This document shows positions 12,835 through 24,440 of a stretch of 64,000 nucleotides of DNA, piece by piece (within the stretch, counting starts at the first letter, position 1; each line of letters starts with the position of its first letter). The stretch lies in assembly GCA_963707985.1 (NCBI GenBank), contig CAVPRW010000032.1:96001-160000 (forward strand), read 5' to 3'. The notes under the pieces are model-generated. The model did not search any database. It was not told the DNA's origin and saw only the letters and a program-made list of their open reading frames with translations. The position numbers and the translations under genes are program-made. Source of the stretch: an uncultured Nitrospinota bacterium. Lineage in GTDB: Bacteria > Tectomicrobia > Entotheonellia > J063 > CAVPRW01.

Positions 12835-13641
12835 CCTCGTCACGGGTGACTCCAAAGAGGTACTGGAGCACCAGGTGAGGCCTGCCATGGAGGCGTTTCT
12901 GCACCCACGGGGCTTGGAACTCTCACCGGAGAAGACCAAGATCACGCATATCGACAACGGGTTCGACTTCCTCGGGTACAACTTACGCAAATACAACGGT
13001 AAGTTGATCATCAAACCGGCGAAAGCGAATATCAACGCCCTGCTGGCCAAGGTGCGAGAGGTGATTCAGTCCAACCCGACGGCGACAACGGTGAATTTGA
13101 TCCAGCACCTGAATCCGATCATTCGGGGGTGGGCCAATTACCACTGCCACGTCGTGGCGAAGAAGACCTTTCAACGAGTCGATACCTGCATCTATCTCGC
13201 CCTGCAACGCTGGATTAAGCGAAGACATCCGAATAAGAAGGCCCGCTGGCGGCGACAGCGTTACTTTCGCAGCCAAGGCTTTCGTCAGTGGATCTTTTCG
13301 ACCAACGTCCGGCAGGAAGATAGTAGCACCGGCTACCTTGACCGCTTCAAGGCCAGCAGTGTTGTGATTAGACAGCACATCAAACTCAAGGCGGAGGCGA
13401 CACCCTACGATCCCAAGTATACCGAGTATCTTGACCGCCGCAAGCGCTCAAGGCCAGTCAAGGTGTCAGCGTGGGATAACGGCGCGCTTGCTCCTTGAGG
13501 GGACGTGACTTCAGGCGATTCAGTGAACAGAATAGCTGGGTCGAGCGATCGGCCTTAGAAAGGCTTGAGCGGGGTGAGGGGAAACTTTCATGCACCGTCC
13601 TTAGGGGGGCACGGCACAGCAATGTGTCGTGCCTACCCGGC
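12835..13641 (+). mobile_element. 3' remnant of group II intron 2 (RT domains 5-7 and X plus domains V/VI)
   Basis: LVTGDSKEVL...GLELSPEKT...GFDFLGYN...LNPIIRGWANYH; DV GAGCGGGGTGAGGGGAAACTTTCATGCACCGTCC; ends CTACCCGGC. Confidence 0.85.
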
Positions 13642-13679
13642 GTCACCAGCGGAAAACTTGTGTTGCAACCCTACGCATT

Positions 13680-14243
13680 TCAAGACCTTCTCCCTGCATG
13701 TTCATCGTCTCCCTGGTGAGCGGCGAGATAGCGATCAAAGGACCGCCGGGCAATACCAAGCCGCTGGCAGATACGCTGCACGGAGGTCATCTGGGCTTCA
13801 TACAGTTGGAGGGCCATCGCAAAGGTCTCTGGGGCGATCGCTCTGGGGCGTCTCCCATAATGGCCACGCTGGCGGGCGCTGGCCAGGCCGGCCATGGTGC
13901 GTTCCCGAATGAGATTGCGTTCGAGCTCGGCAAACGCACCCGTCACGTGCAAGAAAAATTGACCTGTGGGGGTCGTCGTATCAATCGCCTCCACCAAGCT
14001 TTGGAAGCCAACCCCACGCTCGTGCAACGTATTGACCACGTGAATCAGGTGACGTAACGACCGGCCTAACCGATCGAGCCGCCACACCACCAGGGTATCG
14101 TCGGGCCGCACCTACTCCAGGGCGGCGTTCAAGGCGGTGCGCTCGGCTGTCGCCCCACGTGCGACCTCTGCGAAGATTTTGGTACAACCACTCTGCAGCA
14201 ACGCATCCCGTTGCAGGTCGAGCCGCTGATCTGATGTAGAGAC
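13680..14243 (-). pseudogene. Serine recombinase (resolvase/invertase), N-terminus cut by IS6, with an internal stop
   Basis: VSTSDQRLDLQRDAL, VWRLDRLGRS and AELERNLIRERT motifs; C-terminal HTH. Confidence 0.85.
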
Positions 14244-15153
14244 GGCGTTGTCAACTTATTTGCCACCCTACCCAACCCCTGACCAGTATGGCATAATCAC
14301 CCCTGCAATGACGGCGACAGGATCAACCGTATCGGCAAACGTAGAGGGAGCTAGGCATGCCTCTTCCAGCTACCCCTGAGCCCTACAAACACCATCGTTT
14401 TCCCGCCGAGATGATCAGCCACGGGGTCTGGCTCTATGATCGCTTCTGCCTGAGCTATCGGGATGTCGAAGAGCTGCTCTTCGTCCGTGGGGTTATGGTG
14501 ACCTACGAAGCGATTCGTCGGTGGTGCCTGACGTTCGGGCAAGCCTATGCGAATCAACTCCGCCGCCGGCGTCCTCGTCCGGGCGATAAGTGGCACTTGG
14601 ACGAGGTGTTCCTCACCATCCATGGCGAGCGCCATGACTTGTGGCGGGCGGTGGATCAGGATGGCAACGTCCTGGATATTCTCGTGCAAAGCCGCCGAAA
14701 CAAAAAGGCCGCGAAGAAATTCTTCCGCAAGTTGCTCAAGGGCTTGACGTACGTACCACGGGTGATCATTACCGACAAACTGAAAAGTTATGGCGCCGCG
14801 AAGCGGGAGATCCTACCTGGGGTGGAACATCGCCAACACCGCTATCTCAACAACCGCGCAGAAAATTCGCACCAGCCCACCCGTCAACGGGAGCGGCGGA
14901 TGCAGGGGTTTAAGTCCGCCGGGCATGCGCAACGCTTCCTCGCCGCGTATGGTCCGATTGCCCAACACTTCCGCCCGCGTCGGCATCGGTGTTCCGCCCG
15001 AGTACCGTCAAGTCATGCGGGCAAGATGCCAGGTGTGGGAGGAGATCACGGGCACAGGGATGGCTGCCTAAGGGCAGTATCAAGCCGAAGCGACTCCGCT
15101 CTCGTCCCTCTCTTCTCTCCAGACGAGATCAACACGAATAAGTTGACAACGCC
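14244..15153 (+). mobile_element. IS6-family element; transposase 14357 to about 15070 with a C-terminal frameshift
   Basis: Perfect 17-bp IRs GGCGTTGTCAACTTATT / AATAAGTTGACAACGCC; WHLDEV, ITDKLKSY and NNRAENSH motifs. Confidence 0.92.
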
Positions 15154-15191
15154 GAAAGGAGGCGCCGTCGATCGGCGCCTCACTACCCGTC

Positions 15192-15950
15192 TCAGCGTAT
15201 GGCTGTTGCGGGTTGATGTGCTCGGAGGAAGTCGCGTACCTGTTGCACCGTCTTCACGTAGAGGTCCTTGGGCTCTCGCCACGGATACACCGTCACTTCA
15301 GCCTTGGGCGCCAGCGCCGCAATGTCCATGGCGACCTGGTAGGGGTGTCCCGGCGTGTCGTCGGGCATCACCAGCATCGGGGTCTGGCAGGAGCGCGCGA
15401 AGTCCCGCGACACGCTGTAGACGAAGTCGGGCTGGACGCGGAAGAGGTTATGGAGGTAGGCCTCGAGGGTCTCCATGGTCACGTCCGGCCGCCGGGCCAG
15501 CAGTGCGGGTGCCCAGTTATCACGGCCCCCGTTGTACATGTGATCCGGGAGCTCCGGCCGATGCCCGACCGGCTGGCAGAGCACGCCGGCCACAACGCGC
15601 TCGGGGGCCCGCTGCATGAGCTTGAGGGCAAACGGGCCACCGATGCAGTAGCCCATGAAGAAGAAATCCCGGATGCCGAGGTGGTCCATCAGCCCGAGCT
15701 GGTCGTCGGCGAAGGCGCCCCAGGGGTCGTCGACCGGGACCGGGCCGCTGGACTCGCCGCCGTTGGCGTTGCGCTGGTCCATGGTGATGCAGCGGAAGTC
15801 CTGCGTGAACGCCTCCATCGCGTTGATCACCGCGGTCGGCCAGTTGCTGACGCGGGAGTTCAAACCCCCACCGGGGGTGACCAGCAGTGGGAAGCCGGAG
15901 CCAGCCTCCTCGTAGCGGATGCGGACGTTTCCTCTTTCATAAAACGGCAT
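15192..15950 (-). CDS. Alpha/beta fold hydrolase (Cys at the nucleophile elbow)
   Basis: GSGFPLL...PGGG, MDQRNA and GYCIGG motifs; GGAG RBS. Confidence 0.85.
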   Translation of the reverse strand: MPFYERGNVRIRYEEAGSGFPLLVTPGGGLNSRVSNWPTAVINAMEAFTQDFRCITMDQRNANGGESSGPVPVDDPWGAFADDQLGLMDHLGIRDFFFMGYCIGGPFALKLMQRAPERVVAGVLCQPVGHRPELPDHMYNGGRDNWAPALLARRPDVTMETLEAYLHNLFRVQPDFVYSVSRDFARSCQTPMLVMPDDTPGHPYQVAMDIAALAPKAEVTVYPWREPKDLYVKTVQQVRDFLRAHQPATAIR

Positions 15951-16053
15951 GGCAGTCTCCTCACAGGGGTGTGCACGAAGGCCGATGTCCGAGGCGATGT
16001 CTCAGCGCGAGCATACCATCTCGGAAAGGCAATTGTCTATGGGATGAGTTTTA

Positions 16054-17366
16054 GGTGGTGTCCCTCAGTTACCTTGATACATCGGTTCAGGTTGAGGAAA
16101 GAGGTGTTCCAATTGGTCGAGTTGATCAACAAATCGTGCCGGAACGCGATACGACAGCCGCTCGTCGGTTGTCCACACATGGTCGGTCAAGCCAGCTGCC
16201 ATGGCCGGTGTGCGGGGCTGCCAGCGGCGCGGTGATCCTGTCCCGCGGGTCGGTTCAACCCTCGGCCATTCCTGCCCCAAGCTCGCATGGGGCAACACCA
16301 CATGCGTGTATGCCAGCGACAGCCACAGCTGTTTTTCCAGCCATGGGAGCTCTTTGCTGAACGCATTGGTCTTGCGCGTCAGTCGACGATGGTGTTGACG
16401 AAGCGCCAGATTCTCGCGTTCGACAACGCGGGTATTTATGTCGCGCTCGTGGGGAGGGTGGCCAAGAGCGCAGCACGATGTTGGGCGTCTCCAAACACGA
16501 CGTGCTGGTTGACCGCCACCACGCGACCCCGTTCGCGGGTCTTCACCACTTGGGCAGAGCGCAACTCTTGGTGGGGCACACGCCGGGGATGGGGGTGCGG
16601 GCCCCGTGTGCCACGCCGTGGCGGCTGGTACCATTCTCCATACACATGCAGCAAGGCAGTGCGGTATTCCGCCAGGTGATCACGGGTAAAAAAGGGGATG
16701 AGGTCTGTGGTGACAGGCGCGACCCGCGCCAGCAACTAATTGGCTTCAGCTGGCGTGCGCGTGCCGACGACAACGGCCACGACCAAGCGCCACGCTGGAG
16801 CAAAGGCCACCCAGACCCAGGCATCGCCATCGGTGTCACGATCAGTTTTCGCCCACGCGAGAGGCTCGTCTTTCGTCTGGACAACACGGCCACCGCTCGT
16901 CCAACTGACACGCGCTGAGGGGCAGCTGTGGCCACCAATACAGGGTCACCAGTCGACACTGCTGGGCGGCGCGATCGAGCCAGGTACACACGGTATCCTG
17001 ATCCACCTGATCCACCTGGATGATCCGCGCGGTCGCCCGGATCGAATGGCCCTCCGCCAAGGCGCGAATGGCCAGTTCAAACAGGGCCGGGTCAGGCTCC
17101 ACATCGACATCAGGGGTTCCGTAGGTCAAGGCGATGCTCCTCCCACACGCGCGACACAGGGCTTGGCGCTGGCCCCGTGTGGTCCCATTCTTGACCAACC
17201 GGCTGTCGCCAAAGCGTACGCCGTAAAACAGACAGTGCAGATTTGGACCATATCAGGTTTCCCAGTCCATGTGATCCTCGGCTTCCCGTCTGATCTTGGT
17301 TCGGCCGAGGAGACCGTATTCGGTGATGCATGATGAACGCCATCAAGGTAATAGAGGGACACTACC
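16054..17366 (-). mobile_element. Degenerate IS1-family element
   Basis: IRs GGTGGTGTCCCTCAGTTACCTTGAT and ATCAAGGTAATAGAGGGACACTACC; Zn-finger CRACG, HTH, QLDE and ERENLALRQHHRRLTRKT spread over several frames. Confidence 0.85.
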
Positions 17367-17507
17367 CATTCCTGCCTTGTGACTCAATATCCCTTTGACG
17401 AGGACACGAAACAGATAAAAAATAAATTGGTGAAATTAGCTGCTGTGGAAGGAGCTTATTGGCGGAACTGGCATCCTCTTGTGGTTTTGTGACCAGGCCG
17501 AGCTAAG

Positions 17508-18113
17508 GTGCTGGCCTGCGCTCTGGATTTAGCACGGGGACGAACTCTAGCCCCTGTTCTTAAGCTGTTTCAGAATGGACCTTTTACCGGACCGCTTGAC
17601 TGGGCTATGGTTCCGCTCAAAGAGGACTGGTCCTGGAAAGCCGTGCTGGAAGATCGAGGCTTGCACTCCCCTTTGTTAGAGGCATTGTGCGATGTGCTTC
17701 AACCGATCCCGCGCCCTCAGTGGTGGGAGGCGCTCCGCCTCCACAGCCTGTTGCTGATACCCAAACGAATCACATTGACTGATCCACTTGTATGGAGACG
17801 CACTGAAGAGGCCTTTGCGAGCCATTGCGCGGCTGAAGTAGATTGCCAGCACGCAGCTTCGCAACTTCTATTCGACGTGTGGCTGTGGTTGGCAGGCTGC
17901 CATGACAACCCAGACCAAAGCCCGTTCGCTTCCCTGGCTCAGTTGACGCATCGGATTGACACTCCACCGCTACGCCTTGCACACTGCATCCGTGATCTAG
18001 CATACGGCGCTGAATCCAGGGTAGATGATCTGATTGCCATGGTACACTCGACAAGTCCTGAATATTGTAGGTTGCTTGAAGAGGTGTTTTGGCGGGCTAA
18101 GCAGGAGGTCTAG
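17508..18113 (+). pseudogene. C-terminal fragment of a large helical protein, truncated by IS1
   Basis: Long open frame without a proper start directly after the IS end; function not assignable. Confidence 0.45.
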
Positions 18114-18130
18114 ACCCCTCACGGCGCTAT

Positions 18131-19040
18131 TTGAGCCTCCCCATCATTCTGGAGACCAGAAAGCTCCAAATCGAGGCAGAGGAGATTTTGGTATCGACCT
18201 GGGGTGTCGAGCAGATCAAAGCGCTATCCGTCTGGGGTGCCTATGGTGCCCGCGGCAAAGGAATAACGATCGGACTATTGCACACGGGCATAGATGCCAA
18301 GCATCCAGACCTTCAAGACAAGGTGACGAATTGGGCTGAGTTTGACTTCCTTGGGAACGAGGTCGCTGGATCCACGCCGCATGACACCGATGAGCATGGC
18401 ACACACTGCGCCGGCACGCTGGTTGGTGCAAACGCCTCGGGGCGGTTCATTGGCGTGGCGCCTGAGGCAAAGCTGGCAGCGGCGTTGGTACTCAATGGTG
18501 AGGATGGGGGTACCGACGCTCAAGTCCTCGCCGGTATCGATTGGGCCGTAGACACTGGGGTGGACGTCATCAGCCTCTCAGTTGGAGGACTGGTCATGGA
18601 CGCCGAAACACCACCAACGTATACGGAGGCCATCCTCACCTGTCTAGAGGCAGGCATCCCAGTGGTCATAGCGATCGGCAACGAAGGGCAACAAACGACT
18701 GGTTCGCCGGGTATCGATCTCTTTGCACTCAGCGTCGGCGCCACCGATCCCCAGGCACGCGTAGCTGGCTTCCTCGGGTGGCCGAACCCAGATCATTCGT
18801 GAGAGCGATTACATTGACGCAGCCTACCTGCCGTTGGCCTATTCCAAACCTGATTTGTCAGCGCCTGGGGTCGCCATATACTCAAGCGTGCCTGGCGGGG
18901 GATGGAAGTCTTTCAGTGGCACATCGATAGCCACCCCTCACGTTGCTGGGGCCATTGCGCTGTTGCTGAGTGCCACCAGTATTAAGGAAAAGAAGCGGGC
19001 GCTAACCGGGCCTACCTCATCCAGGACCTGATCTGTGGGT
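18131..19040 (+). pseudogene. S8 subtilase, frameshifted near 18775, with the catalytic Asp replaced by His
   Basis: LHTGID (canonical LDTGID), [21 protein letters not shown] and [12 protein letters not shown]. Confidence 0.85.
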
Positions 19041-19098
19041 CAGTCATGACACCCGAGAGCTCATCGTAGAAGCCAGGCTGCCGGCTCGTAAGGTAACG

Positions 19099-19341
19099 AT
19101 GCAGAAACGCGCTGACGGACGCGTGGTCCCTGACGGGATAAATGGCTCAGCTGCGTCCGATCGCAATGCTGTGTTGGCGGAATTACATGCCTACCTCTCT
19201 GATAAGCTGGACATTCCCCCCGTATTGCTCAAGGCTGCGGGAGCCATTGCTGTCAAAGCAACAAGCCAACAAGTCCGACAATTTGCCGAGCATCCCCTGG
19301 TCAAAGCCATCCGACCTAACCGCAGGTTAGGTCATACCTGA
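19099..19341 (+). CDS. Small peptidase-inhibitor I9/propeptide-like protein (or detached C-terminus of the subtilase)
   Basis: AIAVKATSQQVRQFAEHPLVKAIRPNR resembles subtilase propeptide C-termini. Confidence 0.5.
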   Translation: MQKRADGRVVPDGINGSAASDRNAVLAELHAYLSDKLDIPPVLLKAAGAIAVKATSQQVRQFAEHPLVKAIRPNRRLGHT

Positions 19342-19714
19342 GCATAACTCGTCCTGGCTATAGGGCAAAGGATCGAGAAGCTTTTATCCGAATGCCTCAT
19401 TAGCGCTTACTGCCGTGATAGTGCCCTGTAGATGTCCTGAGCTAATGTAGGATCAGCCGTATCAAGGGGCTGATAACGCGCCAGCGTTTGCGCGTCCACG
19501 GGGGATTGCGTCGATGCCCACGGGCTGATAGAATCGCTTATCTTCTCACCCACGAACCATGGTTACCCGGTCCCAGTGAGACGTCAGCGAGACGACTCGC
19601 ACAGCATCATTTCTTGCGATGAGACAAATCGCGTTCAAGTGCTCGCGGCAGCCATGCGGTTCACCTGCGATGGCTGCTACCAGCCAGTTGATCCTGGAAG
19701 GTGGAGGGAAAGGG

Positions 19715-21944
19715 ATGGCTGCCTACCACGTCATTGGACAACCAATTCCACGAGTGGATGGGAGTGACAAGGTGACGGGCCACGCCCGTTACGCAGCGGA
19801 TATTTCCCTTCCCGGCACCCTCTGGGGCAAGTCCCTGCATAGCACCTATGCCCACGCCCGCATCGTCCGCATCGACACCACGGCGGCGCAGAAGGTCCCT
19901 GGCGTACACGCGGTCATCACTGGCGCTGACGTGCGCGGAGGGCTGTGGGGCCGGGGGGTCAAGGATGTGCCCGTCCTGGCCTACGATCGGGTGCGCTTTT
20001 TTGGCGAGCGCGTGGCAGCCGTCGCGGCTGACGACGAGGATATCGCGCAGCAGGCCCTCGACCTGATCCAAGTCGAATATGAGGAACTGCCGGCGGTGTT
20101 TGAGCCGCTCGACGCACTTAAGGACGATGCACCGATCCTGCATCCCGACTTCAACACCTATGTTGGCTTCCCGCAGCCAGATGGCGCAGCCCTCCAACGT
20201 CTACCACAGGACCTCCTTCGACAAAGGCGACATCGCGCACGGTTTCGCCGAGGCCGACATCGTTATTGAGCACACCTATGTCACTCAACGGATCCACCAG
20301 GGCTATATCGAGCCCCAGGCCGTCCTCGTGAACCTCGACGAGAGCGGCCGGGTGCATGTCTGGGTGTGCAGCAAGGTACCCTATAACACACGCGAGTCCC
20401 TCGCCACCGCAGCCGGGATTCCAGAGGAGCAAATCCTCTTCCACCATGTCTATATCGGTGGCGACTTCGGCGGCAAGGGCAATTCCAGGAACACCCCGAT
20501 CTGCTACTTCCTCGCCAAGGCCACCGGCCGGCCGGTGCGCATGGTCTCGGACTATACCGAGGAACTGTTCGCGGGTAACCCCAGACATTCGGTCGAGGTC
20601 CGCCTGAAAACCGGCCTCAGGCACGATGGAACGCTCACGGCCCATCAGGTGCATTACTTGGTCAATTCCGGAGCCTATGCAGCCTTCAAACCGGCGGGCA
20701 TTATCGGCGGCTATAACCAGGCGGCTGGCCCCTATCGCGTCCCGAACTGCCGGATCGAGTCGACCTTCGTCTACACCAACACCCTTCCGTGCGGCTTCAT
20801 GCGTGCTCCCGGGGAACCTCAGGCGGTGTTTGCTCTGGAGTCTCACATTGACGAGATCGCGCGCCAGCTGAGCCTGGATCCGCTGGAGTTTCGTCTCAAG
20901 AATCTCATCGTCGACGGCGAAGAGACGGCCTCCGGCGAGCGCTTCGAGCATGTTCGGGTACATGAGACCCTGCGGGCGGCGGCTGAGGCCGCAGGCTACC
21001 ATCAACCCAAGGTGCCGTTCGTGGGCCGTGGCATCGCCATCGGCGACCGGCCGGCCGGAGGTGGTGAAGCGACCGCGGCCATCACCTTAAAATCTAACGG
21101 CAGGGTGATCCTGGGCACGCCGATCTTTGATCAGGGCACTGGGACATATACCACCCTGTGTCAGGTGGTAGCGGAGGAGCTGCAGGTGCCGCTGGAGCGC
21201 ATCCAGGTGGAGATCTGGGACACGGACGCGATTCCCTTCGACTCAGGCGTGGCCGGCAGCCGGGCGACCCGCATCAATACGATTGTCGCCTATGAAGCGG
21301 CTCAGGAGACGAAACGGCAGTTATTCCGGCTGGCGGCACGAGCGCTTGGCTGGCCGGAAGACGCGTTGACCTTAGCCGGAGATGAGATCCGCCGGACCGA
21401 CCAGGACGTAGCCATACCTTGGACCGCCCTACTTGCCCGCACGGGTGAAACGGTCACTGGCCGGGCGCACATCGAGGAGCGTGGACGTTCTCACATCACC
21501 TCATTCGCGGCGCAGATTGCTGAGGTCTCGGTCGACCCCGAGACCGGACAGGTCAAGGTGCTGCGCTATACCACGGCTCATGATGTTGGCCAGATCGTCA
21601 ACCCCATCGGTCACCAGGGCCAGATCGACGGCTCCATCATGCAGGGCGTGGGTTATGGTTTGATGGAGGAGTTACAGGTCGAGGACGGCCGTGCGATGAA
21701 TCTCTCGTTCGGGGAGTACAAGTTACCGACCATGCGCGACGTGCCGCCGCTGACGACGGTGCTGGTGCAGTCGGAAAACGGGGTAGGCCCGTATCACATC
21801 AAAGGCATTGGGGAGAGTCCACTCACACCGGTGGCGCCGGCGATCGCCAATGCAGTAGCGGATGCTATCGGGGTGCGCATTCGCGACCTGCCGCTGACGT
21901 CGGAAAAGATCTATCGCGCGCTCCTGGACCACACGCCGGGCTAA
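19715..21944 (+). pseudogene. Xanthine dehydrogenase family Mo-binding subunit with a single frameshift near 20170
   Basis: DKVTGHARY, GGDFGGKG, MRAPG and KGIGE motifs split over two overlapping frames; may be a sequencing error. Confidence 0.85.
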
Positions 21945-22050
21945 TACGCGTGGTGGCAGCGCGGGGTTTTCCATGTCGAATAGGCGATCTGCCGCAACCG
22001 TAAGGCAGTCCTTTCATCTTCAGCAAAACAGCGTAAGGGGAACTGCATTG

Positions 22051-24366
22051 ATGCGCACCGCCAGCGGCAATACCCTTGTCCATACGGGATCCCACTGGGG
22101 GCTCTACGATGCTGAGGTCGAGCATGGTCGAGTCGTGGGTGTTCGACCTTTCCACAAGGACCCCTCTCCCAGCCACCTCATCGACACCATACCCAGCGCG
22201 GTGCACGCGCCATGCCGGATCGAGAGGCCAATGGTGCGCCAGGGCTGGCTCGCGCATGGCGTACGGAGCAACCGGGCGGGACGTGGCGTCGAACCGTTCG
22301 TCGCGGTGCCATGGGACGAGGCGCTTGATCTGGTGGCTGCAGAGCTTCAACGGGTCAAGGCAGCCTATGGCAATGAGGCGATCTACGCTAGTTCAGGCTG
22401 GGGAAGCGCAGGTGTGTTCCATCATGCGGCAACGCAGTTGTCTCGCTTCATGAACGGCTTCGGAGGCTTCGTCAGGCAGGTCACCAATTATAGCTTCGGC
22501 GCGGCATCGGTGATCGTCCCGCACGTCGTCGGCACCATGGATCCGGTGGGCGGTGCGGTGACCACCTGGCCAACGATCGCCAAACATACGAAATTGATGG
22601 TACTGTTTGGGGGCGTCCCAGCGAAGAACACGCAGGTCAACTCCGGTGGGATCGGCCGCCACGAGACTGGTGATTGGTTGAGGCAAGCGCGGCGGGCTGG
22701 GGTCGCCTTTGTCAATATTAGTCCGCTGCGCGATGATGTATCTGAAACGTTTGGAGCTGAATGGCTACCGCTGCGGCCCAATACCGATGTGGCGCTGATG
22801 CTGGGGCTGGCGCACACGTTGATCGCCAAAAATCTCTATGATCGTATGTTTATACAGACCCATACCGTTGGCTTCGAACCTCTGCACGCCTACGTCATGG
22901 GGGAGACCGATGGCATACCGAAGGATGCGGCCTGGGCCTCCCACATCACCCAGATTCCGGCACAGACGATTGTCACGCTGGCGCGACGGATGGCTGCCGT
23001 GCGGACTATGATCGCCGTGAGTTGGTCCGTCCAGCGCGCCGATCATGGCGAACAACCGTACTGGATGGCCATCGCGCTTGCCGCCCTGCTGGGCCAGATT
23101 GGGCTTCCGGGCGGAGGTTTTGGATTCGGCTATGGCGCGACTGGCGGCATCGGCAGTCCCCACCCTAGGATGCTACTACCACAATTGCCGATCGGTGTCA
23201 ATGCAGTGCAGGCCTATATCCCCACGGCGCGGTTCAGTGATATGATACTGAATCCAGGTGCCACCTTTGATTTTAATGGCCGCCGGCTCACCTATCCAGA
23301 CATCCGGTTGGTTTACTGGTGCGGTGGCAATCCCTTCCACAAGATTCAGGATCTGAACCGCCTCCTGCGTGCCTGGCAAAAGCCTGAAACCATCATCATC
23401 CATGAGCCGTGGTGGACCCCAGCAGCGCGGCGTGCGGATATCGTGCTTCCATGTACGACAACGCTGGAACGCAATGATATCGGCGCGGCACCCCGCGACT
23501 GCTTCTATTTCGCCATGCAAAAAGCCATCGAACCGGTCGGGGAAGCGAAATCCGATTACGACATCTACAGTTTGCTCGCCGAGCGCCTGGGTTTCAGCGC
23601 GTCCTTCACTGAAGGACGGACGGAGCTGGAATGGCTGCGATACCTGTATGACCTCTCCCGTGATCAGGCGGCCAAGCGCGGCGTCGATATGCCGTGTTTC
23701 GCCGCCTTTTGGGAAGCCGGCCATGTCGAGTTGCAGGTGCCAGACAATCCACCGGTGTTATTCGCCGCCTACCGAGATGACCCACGGGCCCACCCGCTCC
23801 GGACGCCATCGGGGCGCATCGAGCTGTTCTCCGAAACCGTCGCTGCTTTTGGGTACGATGATTGTCCGGGGCATCCTGTCTGGTTGGAACCGGCCGAATG
23901 GCTCGGGTCCGAGCGGGCGACGGTCTACCCGCTCCACCTCCTGTCGAATCAGCCCCGATCACGGCTCCACAGCCAGCTCGACTGCGGCGAGGTGAGCCGT
24001 GGCTCGAAAGTCGACAATCGTGAACCTGTGTGGCTCCACCCCGACGATGCGGCCGTCCGCGGCATCGCCCAGGGGGATGTGGTGCGGATATATAACGCCC
24101 GAGGCGCCTGCCTGGCCGGCGCTGTGGTGACTGATGCAATCCGCCCGGGCGTCATCCAGTTGGCGACCGGAGCCTGGTTCGACCCGCTGGACCCGGCAGA
24201 AATCGGCAGCCTGGACAAACATGGCAATCCGAACGTACTCACCCTGGACAAGGGCACCTCGAAGCTAGCACAATGCTCGATTGCTCAAACCGCGCTGGTG
24301 GAAGTCGAACGCTTTGACGGCAAGCCACCGCGGATTACCGCTTTCGAGCCGCCACATAGTGTTTAA
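22051..24366 (+). CDS. Cytoplasmic bis-MGD oxidoreductase (BisC/TorZ/DMSO reductase type)
   Basis: SHWG, RIERPMVRQGWL, NYSFGA, QRADHGEQ and RLHSQL motifs; no Tat signal seen. Confidence 0.9.
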   Translation: MRTASGNTLVHTGSHWGLYDAEVEHGRVVGVRPFHKDPSPSHLIDTIPSAVHAPCRIERPMVRQGWLAHGVRSNRAGRGVEPFVAVPWDEALDLVAAELQRVKAAYGNEAIYASSGWGSAGVFHHAATQLSRFMNGFGGFVRQVTNYSFGAASVIVPHVVGTMDPVGGAVTTWPTIAKHTKLMVLFGGVPAKNTQVNSGGIGRHETGDWLRQARRAGVAFVNISPLRDDVSETFGAEWLPLRPNTDVALMLGLAHTLIAKNLYDRMFIQTHTVGFEPLHAYVMGETDGIPKDAAWASHITQIPAQTIVTLARRMAAVRTMIAVSWSVQRADHGEQPYWMAIALAALLGQIGLPGGGFGFGYGATGGIGSPHPRMLLPQLPIGVNAVQAYIPTARFSDMILNPGATFDFNGRRLTYPDIRLVYWCGGNPFHKIQDLNRLLRAWQKPETIIIHEPWWTPAARRADIVLPCTTTLERNDIGAAPRDCFYFAMQKAIEPVGEAKSDYDIYSLLAERLGFSASFTEGRTELEWLRYLYDLSRDQAAKRGVDMPCFAAFWEAGHVELQVPDNPPVLFAAYRDDPRAHPLRTPSGRIELFSETVAAFGYDDCPGHPVWLEPAEWLGSERATVYPLHLLSNQPRSRLHSQLDCGEVSRGSKVDNREPVWLHPDDAAVRGIAQGDVVRIYNARGACLAGAVVTDAIRPGVIQLATGAWFDPLDPAEIGSLDKHGNPNVLTLDKGTSKLAQCSIAQTALVEVERFDGKPPRITAFEPPHSV

Positions 24367-24440
24367 TATTTCTAGAGCGATCCACGTATGTGCCGTGGAT
24401 CTTTATTATGCCGGACCAATGGGCCAACTCCGTATCCTAA

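Noticed and set aside
12306..13498. Retron, DGR or defence-associated RT
   Set aside because: Both RT fragments are followed by group II intron DV/DVI structures and have maturase X domains.
13680..14243. Recombinase as the integron integrase
   Set aside because: It is a broken serine resolvase; IntI is a tyrosine recombinase and none is in the window.
15070..15619. C-terminal extension of the IS6 transposase (420-aa ORF)
   Set aside because: Frameshift read-through past the right IR into the antisense strand of the hydrolase gene.
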